NCBI GenBank assembly: GCA_964187785.1
Contig: OZ076409.1
Coordinates: 82,276,001 to 82,340,000 of the forward strand
Length of the DNA: 64,000 bases
Direction: 5' to 3'
DNA from: Amphiscolops sp. MND2022
Taxonomy: Eukaryota
Shown: piece after piece, positions 12,201-23,372 of the stretch
Layout of the letters: each line of letters begins with the position of its first letter
How positions within the stretch are numbered: the stretch's first letter is position 1
The notes under the pieces: model-generated
Databases searched by the model: none
What the model saw: the letters and a program-made list of their open reading frames with translations, nothing else
What the model was told of the DNA's origin: nothing
Program-made: the position numbers and the translations under genes

Positions 12201-14640
12201 ACATCATCAGGGTTAACTCAGTTTTGGAATCGCAGATGTGGTTTAGGTGGACGGCCACTGCGCGATTAAGAAAAAAAAATGATATTCAGAAGAGTCAGTT
12301 TGTGGGACAGTGTTTTGGACAATGTTTTGCTCTACTTTTTTGACACTGGTTTTGGTATCGTTTTGGTTGGAAATTTCAAAATCCTTTTGGCTGGGAGGCA
12401 CTGAGTAAGGTACTGACATTTCGAAGTCCTTTCGACCTAAAGGCTCAAGGAAGGTATCAAGTTTTCGTACGTTTCGGGACCAGTAAAAGAAACGTTTTTG
12501 TCACGATAATCTTTATGAAGCGGACTTTGCGAAAAAGAATGTTCATTGAAAGACACATTTCGGGATGCTGAGGTTTTGCCTGTTTTGGGATCAAAGAGAA
12601 TGTAGGCATTTGACATAGACGCGTAATCAACAAAAAGTTCTTTGGTGGCTTTTGGTGAGAGTTTATCTTGATGCGTTTCAATAACTTTGTAGGCGACGCA
12701 TCTAAAAACCCGAACATTAGGCAGATCCGGCTTTTTTCCAAAGAACATTTCTAAAGGCGTTTTCCCTTTTGGCAAGCTTGATGTCAAACAGCGATTGGTA
12801 ATATAAAAAGCAGTATCAAAAGCCCTTACCCAAAATTTGTTTTCAAGATTTGCATTTTTGAGAAGGCACCGCGCCATCTAGACTGTAGTGCGCCAACGAC
12901 GTTCACAAACACCACTTTGATGAGGCGAATATAAAGCAGTGAACTCTCTTTTTATCCCCTTTTGGATGCAAAAGTCGGCAAATGTTTTACCAGTGTACTC
13001 TGTACCTTTGGTGTCCCCACTTGTGCGCAAAATACTTTGAAATTTTGCAAACATTCGCTTTTGGACTTCATAAAATAGACAAAACGACCCAAAACGACTA
13101 AACTGTCAATAAAAAGAAATAGCAAAACGTTGACTGCCCAGGGAAATTGTGGGTATTCGGCCCCAAAACATCAGAGAAAACTATCTCAAGTTTTCCAGAT
13201 TTTCGAGGCTGCGGGTTGTTGGAGACAGGAGTTTTGTTCGACTTGGAAATTTGACAAACTTCACACACACATGTTTTTTCCAAGCTTGAACCCTGAAAAT
13301 TCATCCTCAAAAAACAAGATGAAAGTCGCCCAACATCACCCATGTTGTTGTGACCAAGGCGTTGATGCCACAAACGACTGTTCGTATTCTCCCCGAAGTA
13401 CCAGAAAACTCAGAGAATTTAGCTTTCAAAAGATAGAGGTTTTTGTTTTTGATAAATGAAAAAGTTGTTCCCTTGGGAGCTACCATTTTTGACTCTTTTT
13501 CAAAATCAACTTTCACCCCTTTTTGTCTAAGTTTGCTCACGCTGATCAAGTTCTGAGCTTGATCAGGAAGAAAAAGGCAATTGGAAAACGTTACAAAATA
13601 TTCGTTTCCTTCAGTGTCCAAAAGGCATACACGAACAATGCCAATCTCTTCGACTTTGGATAAACTATCATGTGCATTTTTGACCCAGCGTTCAACTTTA
13701 GCTGAAAAGTCGGCAAAAAGAGACCGATCACTGAACATATGTGATGAAGCGCCTGAATCTACAACAACAGTTCTATTTTGAACACTCTTTTCATAGCAGG
13801 AAAACAAAAAAACTTCAGAAAAAAAGACCCCACAGTTGAGGTGTTTCCTCTTTGCTTTAGATGTGGAAACCTTTCAAAACAACGGTTTTCATCGTGACCA
13901 AAAAGTTTACAAAAAGTGCACAGAGTAACTCTGCAGTCGGCTTGTTTATGTCCTGTCTTGCTACACCGCCTACACTTTCCCAAAAATTTTTCGCTCGAAA
14001 ACTTTTTTATCAAATGTTTGGTTTTGCCACTTTTGGAAAACAATGCGGAATTTTCAGATGTACTAGATGCCGATGCCAAAAAACAGTTTCTTGAGTTTTC
14101 GAAATTTTTAACGCCTTTTTTCTACTACTGCGAACGTCAGTTTATCCTTCGAAAAGTCATGGACAGTTTTAAAATAGTCGTTTTCTTGCGACAAACCCTT
14201 TAGTACGATTCAGGTAAACATATTTTCGCCAACTTTCTCCCCGCTAACTCTAACTGCTTACTCACATACTCTGCTCGCGTCAGGTAGTCCACCATCCCCT
14301 CACTATGCTCCAGTCGGAGAGTGGTGAACTTCTCCAACAAGTTCATCAGGCGGGGCGACTCCGTGCTGTTGAAGTGATTGCGCAGCATCTCACACGCCTT
14401 CTGTCCGTCTCCCTTGCAGTCGTTGATCAGCATCAGCACGCTTCGGCGATCCAGACACCGGACGAGGTAGGCCCAGAGTTGCTACTTCTCCTCGTTTCTC
14501 CCAGCCACGCCTCCAGTCAGCACTTTGAGCAACTTGGCCCTCTTCGTGATGCAAAAACCCTCGAAACGCTCCTGCCAGACTGGGAAGTCGTCGTCGTTAC
14601 CAGAGAACTGCAGATGTGACGTCCCTCACAACTCGCAGGG
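9226..14640 (-). pseudogene. Fragmented Copia gag-pol polyprotein
   Basis: Motifs in order: FSGNDDDFPVWQERF, CCHC knuckles (CRRCSKTGHKQADC, CTFCKLFGHDENRC), protease VVDSGASSHM, WHQRLGH...CEVC, integrase, RT (KFKARFVARGF, LYGLKQAGREW, WVDN), RNase H (DNQGAIALA...NVADNFIK). Many frameshifts and stops. Confidence 0.9.
10037..11331 (+). mobile_element. Non-autonomous Helentron/DINE-1-like element (HINE) inserted in the Copia RT
   Basis: It interrupts the RT reading between PGTK and HCPE in a T-run. Subterminal inverted repeats GGGCACGAGC (10038-10047) and GCTCGTGCCC (11296-11305). 3' hairpin GCGCGAC-atgcc-GTCGCGC (11308-11326) followed by Ts. The interior is degenerate AT-rich repeats. Confidence 0.7.
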
Positions 14641-16114
14641 AAAGCTCGAATCAGGCGCGAATAAAGTCAACAAAAATGTAGAACGGCAGAAAGATTGAAA
14701 ACTTTGAGCTGTTAGGAGTGCGAGTAAGCGCAAAACAATGGTGGCAAAGAATTGTTCTCAGGCGCGATTGTAGAAATGGCGAAGACGAAGACGAAAAATG
14801 CGGTCTTTCAAAGAACGAAGTAAATGGTAAAAACAAAAATTGGTAAAAATTAATTGGTTCTTGCAAACTCACCGAGTACTGGGCCCATAACCTATTGTGG
14901 GGATCTGTGAAGTCGTCGTGAAGGCATCGTGAGTTGAAGAATTTATTGGCGGTATGATAGAATTAAATGAAACTATTCTTGGTTACACAGTGACAGATAT
15001 TTTGTAAATTTAGCAGGTCCATAATCAGTTCATCTGAAGTTAGAGTGTATGATGACGTAGTTGTCGTCAGCGACCTCTAACAGATTCCCACTGGAGCAAA
15101 TTCAGTTATCAACGAACACCCAGTTTTTTGAGCTTTTTATGCTGTGATTGCAAATCCCAGTGCAATGCCCGTAATTTCTAGCAGTTACAGACTGGTATCA
15201 GGCCAGATAGCATCCAATTAGACGGTTGCCCCTCCTCGGGACCGGCAGCCCTTAGGAGGTAAAATGGGCTGATGTCATGGTGGTTTGTCCCGGACCATAT
15301 CCATGATATCAGTTCCTCCACCCCATTGTTGCGTAACAAACGCTTAGCGCTTGCCGTTACATGTAATGGAGGTTCAATATCTACTCTTAAACAACAACTA
15401 GTTTGAACTGACGTTGTGAAGTGAATTTTTCCTCGTTGTGATTGAGTTATTTGTGTGGGTTTCCATCCCCTACACTTGACGGAAATGTTTTGAGCTTGCA
15501 AAGGTACATGAAGGAACAAAGAATCTCTCGTTGGGTTTTTGGCGAGAATAAAGGGAACTTTCGACACAAACGGTTTAAAAATTTTTCACAATTCACAGTT
15601 TTATGTAAAGCAAAACCAATTTCCGAGTCTTAAAAGTGATCTCCTTGTTTTCTTGCTCTCGGGTCTCGTGAGAGCGATTAGATCTATTTTTCAATTGAAT
15701 GTAGAGAAGACCTGTTTTTCCGACTGTGTGCGATTTTTTGACGGTTTTTCTGTTACCAGTAGAGGTTCGCTTCATCGTTTTTGTTTGACATTCTCAGTTC
15801 AAACAAAAAGCGCGCTTTTCGAGCCTAAACTGTGTCACACGTGGGTAATATCGTCACTGTGTGACTTCTTTCGAACAAATTACAACACCGGGTTTTTTGT
15901 TAATAAAAGTTAGGAAAAACCCTTTTTTACCATGTTCAGGACGTTTCTATTATATTGATAAACGAGAAATATCGCAGTTGCACTGCACCTCTGTTTAGAG
16001 TGCCTGTCGAATATTTTCGTAGAATAATAATAGTCATATTCTGGATATCCGGAATGTCTTCTGGTGAGTGAGCCACAATTCGAAAGACCAAACAGCATCA
16101 TTCAACATTTTTAG

Positions 16115-17057
16115 ATACGAACTACACTAAACTCTGTATGGAAGTGAGACTGGCGCGTAAGCTGACGATGTACATAGTGACCATGTACCTGCCGAGTGTG
16201 GCGCTGGTCATTCTGTCGTGGGTGTCGTTCTGGATAGACAAGAAGGCCGTGCCAGCCAGAGCCGGTCTCACCATCACCACCATCCTCGCCCAGATCACCC
16301 TCATCACCGGAACTGCTAACAAGTGAGATAATTGCTTACACTAACAAGTCAAGAAAGTCGTAAACTTTCTTTTCAAGTTTTTAAAATTCCGCAGGGAGTT
16401 GCAATGAGTAAAGTCTCAGCAATCTGTGCCAAAGAAAACCCGAAAGTAGATTCTGGAGACTAGCACAACGCTTTTTTTAAAAGAAGACATTAAAAATCAG
16501 AAGTTGGGTTTTTAAACTTCGAAAAAAGTTGGATGATGCGTAAATCAATCGAAACGGGAGACACTTTGGTCTCGCGTATTTTTGTAACTGTAAAACTGTT
16601 CAAGTCTGACTTGGGATTACAACCCTGCTTCCAAACCACGCATTCTAACTTACAGGACATGACCTAACACCATCAAAATTATCAACTTTGTTGCAGGTTT
16701 CCAGGAATTGCGGACCTGAAGTTGGGAGACACGTACATGATAGTGAACTTCTTCTTCGTGTTCGGGTCTCTGATAGAGTTCGCCATGGTCAGTGGCCAAG
16801 AACAGCACCGAATGCGCTCAGCCGAACTCGCCAAGGTCGAGGAAACAAAACTATTGAACGACAACAACCACAAACAAGATGATGCAGATGCACAAAATGA
16901 CAAACCCATGAAAATGGAGACCAATTTCTTGAAGCAGCTGCTTTACAATAAATTCAATGGAGATGTCGATGCGTTTGCAAGGAGAATTTTCCCAACGTTA
17001 TTCACATTTTGGAATATCGTCTACTTCGCTTTAGGATTTGGTTTTAGCAGTATGTAA
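16115..17057 (+). CDS. Cys-loop (pentameric) ligand-gated ion channel, GABA-A/glycine-receptor-like anion channel; last two exons 16115-16322 and 16697-17057 (M1-M4)
   Basis: Contains YLPSVALVILSWVSFWI (M1), VPARAGLTITTIL (PAR motif plus M2), K|FPGIADLKLGDTYMIVNFFFVFGSLIEFA (M2-M3 loop and M3) and DAFARRIFPTLFTFWNIVYF (M4). GT-AG intron 16323-16696 is phase 2. Stop TAA at 17057. Confidence 0.9.
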
Positions 17058-17991
17058 CCATTTAGACTGCATGGCGAATGATCAGAGATTTCGTCTTGTT
17101 GTCAAGCTCGAGTTTTAACAAGCTTGAATTTCATGGAATTCAAAAAAGGATCCATGGAAGAAAAAGGATCCATGCACTTCTCATTTAAAAAGATACCTGG
17201 TATTCGAGTTCTTAAAAATCGAGATTGAGTAAATTCAGCGCAAATGTTCATCGTGCACAACCATTCAACTTGAACCAAAACAGTAATATTTGAATTTTTT
17301 GAAATTGCTATATCGTGCTTCCTCTATTAAGAACCGATTTTAACATTTTAAAAAACATTTGGTAAAAGGACTCCAACCAGATCTAAGATTAAAAGTATGT
17401 TCAAAAATACAGTGCAATCCAAGGAATTGGAAGTTTGACTTCTTAGAGAAAGATAGAAGAAAAAGATACAATTCTTAGATACGATTCTTAGAAGATACAA
17501 TGAGACGAAATTTCTAGGATGGCTTCGAAAACATTGAGCATTACAAGCTTTTCTCTTCAGTTACTAATAATTTGCATTCCAATAGTCTTTAGTGAGTTCC
17601 CCACTGTATTATCTATCATTCAGCTTCATGTCCCAAAACACAGGAATCAGCAGCATGCCTCGTGAAAGTTTTATCTGTATTCCTTAAACTTACTTCACCT
17701 TTGCTTTTTGAGTTTTACCCTATCTGGTGTTAGATTATATGGACTATTACGATTAAGCTATGAAAAAAAGCTATGAATTAGATAATTTTTAAAATTCTTG
17801 TCATCTCATCTTTTTCGGAGCTCACTTTCGAGTAGCAATACTTTAGCAAAGACAACTTCAGCAAAGATATACGATATCGATGAGAATTCAGGTCAAAAAA
17901 TTGTATCAATCATACTTTGCTTAGGTGAAGTCGCTTTGTTCTACTCGTGCGTGAGTCGATCGATTCGTGTGTGAGATATAAAGGTAGCGAG

Positions 17992-20900
17992 CCCGGGTCG
18001 ACCCTCCATGGATATCTTAGTAAGATCTTGGCAAGGTCTTGCCAAGATCTTGGAAAATTCTTAGCTAAGATCGTGACAAGATATTGTCAAGAATTGCAAG
18101 ATGCCATGGTAAGATCTTATCAAGAGAGCCATGTTTCCAAGAAAAATCTTACTAAGAAGCCCAATATGGCAAGAAAAATCTAACTTAGAAGCCAAATATG
18201 GCAAGAAAAAAATTGCTACGAACTGCTCGATATCGAGAAAAAGTAGAATCAGAAAACCATTAAATTAAGAGTTATGCAAAAATAATCTAGACATCACTCA
18301 AAACAAAATTACTGAATGATTTTTACAACCATTTCGACATCGATTTTTTTTCAATTGCAAAACTGTCGCCAACAACGGCGTCAGATAAGCCTTGAGCTGA
18401 ATCATTACCCAAAATAGAGCAATGACCGCCGTTTCTAGCAGTAATAAGGCTGCTAAACAGGCTCAAAGAAAGCTGGAAATATGATTTTTACAAAAATTTC
18501 AGGATTTTAAGGTCTTTCCTTTGTAACTTTCCGATAGTGGATCTGGACGTTTGAGAGCATATTTCTCCGTCTCTGGAATCGACAGGAATGATAAATTACA
18601 AGTTTTGAAAAGCCCTTGAAATTACCTTTCATTTGGTACATTCGGCATTTTCCAGTCTTAAACAGGTGAGGAATTATTAGGATTCTCGTCAGAATTTCTG
18701 AAGCCAGACTACGTTATCGTAATTTTTCACGCATTTTTGCATGCAAAATTTTTTCAGCAGGTTTAAGCACTTTGATTATGAAAACGAGTAGAAATAGTCG
18801 TTGTTGGGTGAAATGAGCCTTTAGATTGAGTCTCGGCTGCTTGTACCGAAGGTATAATAGTGTTTTTTAATAATCTTAATTTTTTGTCCATCGTGATAAG
18901 ATACGATCTTGGAATAAGTATTATCTTAGTAAGATCTCAATAAGAATCTTGCCATGGGATCCATGGCTGCCAAGATGTACTAAGAATTTGGCAAGATCTT
19001 GCCTTGCCAAGACAGCCAAGATGCTAGTAAGAGGTGTCACGACCCGCTCCCGGTCGTGGGTGTGAATGGTGTTTTGCCCTAGGAAGAGGCAGAGGAAGGG
19101 GATACTGCAAGTACCATTAAAATACCAACTAAATTAATATAATTCTACTTACAGTGCAGCTAAGATTATTTCGTAGATAATTTTTCAGAATAAGACCTAA
19201 CGCATGCGTCACGGAATATTTTAAGAAATGATTTTTAGCTAAAACTTCCGGTTAAGAGATTTCACGCTTAATAGATTTTCTATATCCGGTTTAATCTTCT
19301 GAAGTTTGCCATACTGATCTAAATACCAAAATAGACATTTAACAACCGGAATTTTTCTTCAGTTCCACACTAAAATAAAACACATTTAAAATCCCGCAAT
19401 CCCAACGGAATCCATACGATCTAAAAAGAAAAAAATACATAAAAGACAGAGTTGTTTTGGTTCTTTCTGTGATAAAGTAGTTGTCAATACCCACTTAAGG
19501 CACAGTCAAGTGACTTAAGAGAGGATTTACAACGTAATGACGGCGTCACTCTACTGAGCTAAAATTAGATATTCCACTTTTGAGGACTAATAACGTCACC
19601 TCCTCGGCAGGACTATTCTTAGCTAGCGCGAGCGGTATTAAATTTGGTTCCCCCTAGCAACGCCAATCAGAATAAGAGAGAAAGAATGAATTCGCCTACG
19701 CGTTCCGCTCGCTTTCTGTTCACTCTGACCTACTAGCTATAAGCAATCTTTATACGTACGTAGCAGTTACGTGGCGAATTGTAAAATTGTAGTCCACCGC
19801 TCTACTATAAGCAATCTTAATACGTACGGAGCATTTACGGAGTGGTTTGAGAACATATAGTTAGGAAATAATGGAACGAATGAAAGTTTCAGAGATTTTT
19901 TCCTGATTCGTTATAAGCTAAGGAATTTCTTGATTAGGTTTTTAGATGAAAACAGCTGCATTGTAAGGAAGAATTATGAGAAGAACAAAGTTGTAATGTC
20001 CTGAATTCTATACTAATTTATTACGCTATTGCTGCACCTCTTAAATACTATATTACGGAGTGTACCCGTAATTCAAACCGATACTTTCTTTGCAGTTTAT
20101 GATCAGTTGATGACGATGAATTTTGCACTAATCCTCGTAAACCTACGTCATGTTTTTCTGTATAGTTTACAGCTTTATAGCTAAATAATAATGGTTGTAT
20201 TACTCAGGATCTAATTCCAAGCCACGGAGCGTATACGTAAAATATACTAATGTTCATTTGATGCTAATTTTATAACCTAACCCTAAATATGATGATGAAT
20301 GAATGATCCCGAAAACAATTTCGGATTTGTACCAGTTTTGAAATGCCTTTGTTACATTGTTTTATTTTTATTCTTGTGCTGTTGCAGTTAGATTGTATTT
20401 GGGACACGATACGGAGTATTCCCGTAACCCAAATCAATTGTTATGTTGGATTTCATGTTTGTTGTGTACTAAAGTCAATCTGCCTTAACGCCCATCAGCA
20501 TCATTTGTTTCTCTTTTCAAATATTCTCAACGGCGAATTTTCTGCGACGTATCGTTTCCGTCACCATTTTTGAGTGTCATCTTTTTCCTCAAAATTCCAA
20601 CTTCTTGAGTTGGATATTGACTATTAGTTCACGCCGGCGTGCTTACGCTGATGAAAATGGCAGTTAGACTTCCATTTTACCGCGATTTTGAAGATCAAAC
20701 AGGAAATGGATTATCTGAACAAAAATGATTTCAACAGAGTCTCACGGAATATTGACGCAACTAGGAATTTCGATACCTGAATTTATGACGCCAGACTGAA
20801 ATAATTTGAATCATTAGCGGTTTTTGTTGAACAAACCCGATTTTTAGGATTCCTAGGAATTTTTAGGTGAGGAACAAATGATGCTAAGAAGGTATAAATA

Positions 20901-21429
20901 GGTAGAAAGGACATGTAATTTTAGTTGATCTTGAATTTGTTTCAAAACTTTGTTGCTCGTTGTAATTACGAAAACTCAAAATTTCTTTGAAGAATTTAAT
21001 TCTTGCCAAAGACTCTGATATCTCAACTTTGAAAATGACGACAAGGAGCCAGAAGAGAAAAGCTATAGCTGAGTTAGTGTCAGGAGATTTTGAAGCTTCC
21101 CTAGCTGAAAATAACTCTACTGAAAACCTGATACCTAGTTCTAGTAAAAATCCTAGACTTGAGCTTGAAAACCTGGAGGAAATAAAAACAACTCTGAGAA
21201 AAGAGATAATGACTGATCTGACAAAGATATTAGCCGAAAATCAAAAGGAAATGCTCAAATTAATAGCACCTACGAGCAAGAAACGCTCAGCCAATTTGAA
21301 CTTACAAGATTCTGATTCTGACCAAGAAAACATCTTCGTAGCGAGAACGTCCACCCCAGTCAAAACGCAAACTGCGACTAGTTCTAAAACGACACCGAAC
21401 AATAGTCGTAACAAGAGGGTCAACCCGGG
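17992..21429. mobile_element. Non-autonomous TIR DNA transposon (CCC termini, possibly CACTA/EnSpm-like), ~1.05 kb excluding the nested solo LTR
   Basis: TIRs CCCGGGTCGACCCTC (17992) and GAGGGTCAACCCGGG (ends 21429), flanked by AG on both sides (2-bp TSD). Subterminal arrays of AAGATCTT/GGCAAG motifs at both ends. Confidence 0.65.
19035..21413 (+). mobile_element. 2,379-bp solo LTR of the giant-Gypsy family (diverged subfamily)
   Basis: Starts TGTCACGACCCGCTCCCGGTC, ends GTCGTAACA, with 5-bp TSD AGAGG on both sides. Contains the TATA motif GGTATAAATA (~20892) and an LTR-encoded ORF homologous to that of 23373-25884. Confidence 0.92.
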
Positions 21430-21445
21430 AGGATATCGAGAGTGA
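21035..21445 (+). CDS. LTR-encoded Gag N-terminal segment retained in the solo LTR (runs 32 nt into flanking DNA)
   Basis: MTTRSQKRK...KNPRLE...LRKEI...ENQKEMLKLI...TPVK...SRN aligns with MSTTRSQKRR...KSPRIE...LKEE...ESQKEMLKLL...TPTK...CRN at 25488-25884. Confidence 0.7.
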   Translation: MTTRSQKRKAIAELVSGDFEASLAENNSTENLIPSSSKNPRLELENLEEIKTTLRKEIMTDLTKILAENQKEMLKLIAPTSKKRSANLNLQDSDSDQENIFVARTSTPVKTQTATSSKTTPNNSRNKRVNPGGYRE

Positions 21446-21535
21446 AAGAAAGAAGGAAAGAAAGAAATAGATAGATAGAAAGAGAGAGAGAGAGAGAGTG
21501 AGTGAGTGAGTGAGTGAGTGAGTGAGTGAGTGAGT
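21445..21535. repeat. (GAAA)n/(GA)n/(GAGT)n microsatellite
   Basis: Direct reading of the sequence. Confidence 0.95.
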
Positions 21536-21860
21536 CAGATTTGAACGTCAGATTTGAAGGAAATTTCGGTACTTTGTTGAAAATTATCAAAAATTGTTGA
21601 CGTCAGCAGTTGCCGTTACATCACTCCCTGGGCTTCTGGCTTGTCGTCCCTGGCAAGCGTCATAGGGCCTCGTCCTGGATCTGAACCACTTTGGCTTCTA
21701 GGGGTCGTCATCCACATACCAGGAGACAAGGACGAATCCTTGTTTTTCAGCAACTTTTTCCTGACATTTTTCGCGATCTTACTTGAATAATTTCTTACTG
21801 CCTAGGTATTTTACAAAAACATGAACGAGGTTTTAGCACCAGCTCGACAGCTTGGATTTT
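21535..21860 (-). mobile_element. Fragment of a Gypsy 3' end: PPT plus start of a TGTAACGGC-family LTR
   Basis: The reverse complement reads ...CCAGAAGCCCAGGGAGTGA|TGTAACGGCAACTGCTGACG. 21545-21620 is nearly identical to 40033-40108. Confidence 0.6.
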
Positions 21861-21889
21861 CAGCCGTTAAAAACCTGCTTTGGACAGTC

Positions 21890-22020
21890 AAGAGAGAGAG
21901 AGTGAAGGAGTGAGTGAGTGAGTGAGTGAGTGAGTGAGTTAGTGAGTGAGTGAGTGAGTGAGTGAGTGAGTTAGTGAGTGAGTGAGTGAGTGAGTGAGTG
22001 AGAAACAGAGAGTGGAGAGA
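21890..22020. repeat. (GAGT)n microsatellite
   Basis: Direct reading; it explains the THSL-repeat ORF 21811-22053. Confidence 0.95.
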
Positions 22021-22031
22021 AACAGAGAAAA

Positions 22032-22117
22032 ACCGAATGAGATAGTGGTGCAAGTTACTGTGAGCTTATAGAAATTTCTATAAGCTTACAGTAACTTGAA
22101 CCACTATCTAATTTGGT
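22032..22117. repeat. 86-bp near-perfect palindrome (43-bp arms, no loop)
   Basis: Centre GAAA|TTTC at 22074/22075; 4 mismatches in 43 bp. Confidence 0.9.
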
Positions 22118-23372
22118 CAATTTCTAACAACGATCATGACTCGAGCAAAAATGATCCACAAGATTGACGCAATTGCAGTTTGAAGTAATAACACGACTAA
22201 AACGTCGATGTCAAGTCTCAAAAAGGATAATCTATATACAAAACCTCTCAATTTTTTTCAAATCTTACAAATAGAAGAGAAATATCTCAACGTAGACTTT
22301 CGTCGCCGGAAGATTTTTTCTCAAACTGAAGACATAAGCCAAGTCCGAATAGGTGATTTTGTTCAAGAAAAGTTTGACAGTGCCAAGGACCCGTACAGTG
22401 GAGTGGATCTTTTTGTCTCATTTAGTTTCGAGACAACTGTAAACTATGAAGAACTGTCAGGGAGTTGTTCTGGAATGGAATTTTCAATCCACGAAAATCC
22501 ACGATTCAAGCAAAATAAAGACTGTCTCGAATATTTTTTCGTGGAAAAACTCACAAAAAATTCGATCTGTTAAGAAGATATCTCAGCCTAAGTGAACGTG
22601 GTCATCCCAAAAAAGTTGTGAAGAAAATTGACTCAAAATTATTGTTAGCAATTTAATCTTCCACAAGTAAAAGTCCAAAATCGTAGTTTTCGAAAAGTTT
22701 TACAGCCATTTGAAATAATTGAAAAGTAGTTGTGTCATGAAATTTTCAGCAAACCCTTCTTAGAATAGCTAGTTAAGTTCGCTAACAACTTTTATTATGA
22801 CGTTCTAACGATCTCACAGAACTTTTTATGCAATAGAACTCATCACTGTTCTATTCGATTTTTTTGAGGCTGCTTCAAAGACTCTTAAAAATGTTGGCAG
22901 CAGTTCGAGTGATGATTTGCAGGTTCCAACATAATTCAACTCATTTTTATTTTACGTGCAGCTGAGATTTCATTAACTTTACAGCCATTTAAATGTAAAT
23001 TACCTTCAGTCTCAAAAAACTGCGGACTAGCATTATCTTCAGAGAAGCGGTGTTTCCACCGGGTGAGAAGTATACCACCAAGATAGCGTCTACCATTAGG
23101 CTTAAAAAAGTTCTTCGAACGATCCAAAAACGGCCGAATTTAAATTCATAGTTAAAAAATTCAGAACAAATTTGTAACGACAAGCGTTGGCGCTTAACCG
23201 AGACCTAGAAGTGGAGGAACTAGAGCAGTGAAAGTGATCCGGGACTTAGATCTCCACGGTCCTAGCTCATTTTCCCTCCAACGGAGCCAGTCCCTGGGCA
23301 GGGGGAACCGTCTTGTTGGACGCTCTCTGGCCTGGTCCTAGTCTGTAACTGCTAAAAATAACATGCATCTTC

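Larger units (their letters stand above)
8694..15082 (-). mobile_element. Ty1/Copia LTR retrotransposon, full length but decayed
   Basis: 190-bp LTRs at 8694-8883 and 14893-15082 (about 10% diverged by eye). 5-bp TSD GATTC. PBS GGTTATGGGCCCAG (14879-14892). PPT-like GCGGGGG next to 8883. Domain order is gag-PR-IN-RT-RH. Confidence 0.95.
8251..15361 (+). mobile_element. Old ~720-bp Gypsy-type LTR (TGTAACGGCA...TGCCGTTACA) split by the Copia insertion and followed by a PBS remnant
   Basis: 10-bp terminal inverted repeats at 8251 and 15361. TGGAGGTTC at 15367-15375 resembles a tRNA-Gln PBS. Homologous to copies at 23173-40108, 58786-59546 and 21535-21620. Confidence 0.65.

Noticed and set aside
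15181..15330. Assignment of the conserved structure to HDV-like, twister or hammerhead ribozymes
   Set aside because: Partial look-alikes (TCCTCG, GCCGGTCCC) are not conserved in the other two copies, and the required pairings or CTGATGA/GAAA cores are missing.
21811..22053. THSL-repeat protein
   Set aside because: Translation artefact of a (GAGT)n microsatellite.
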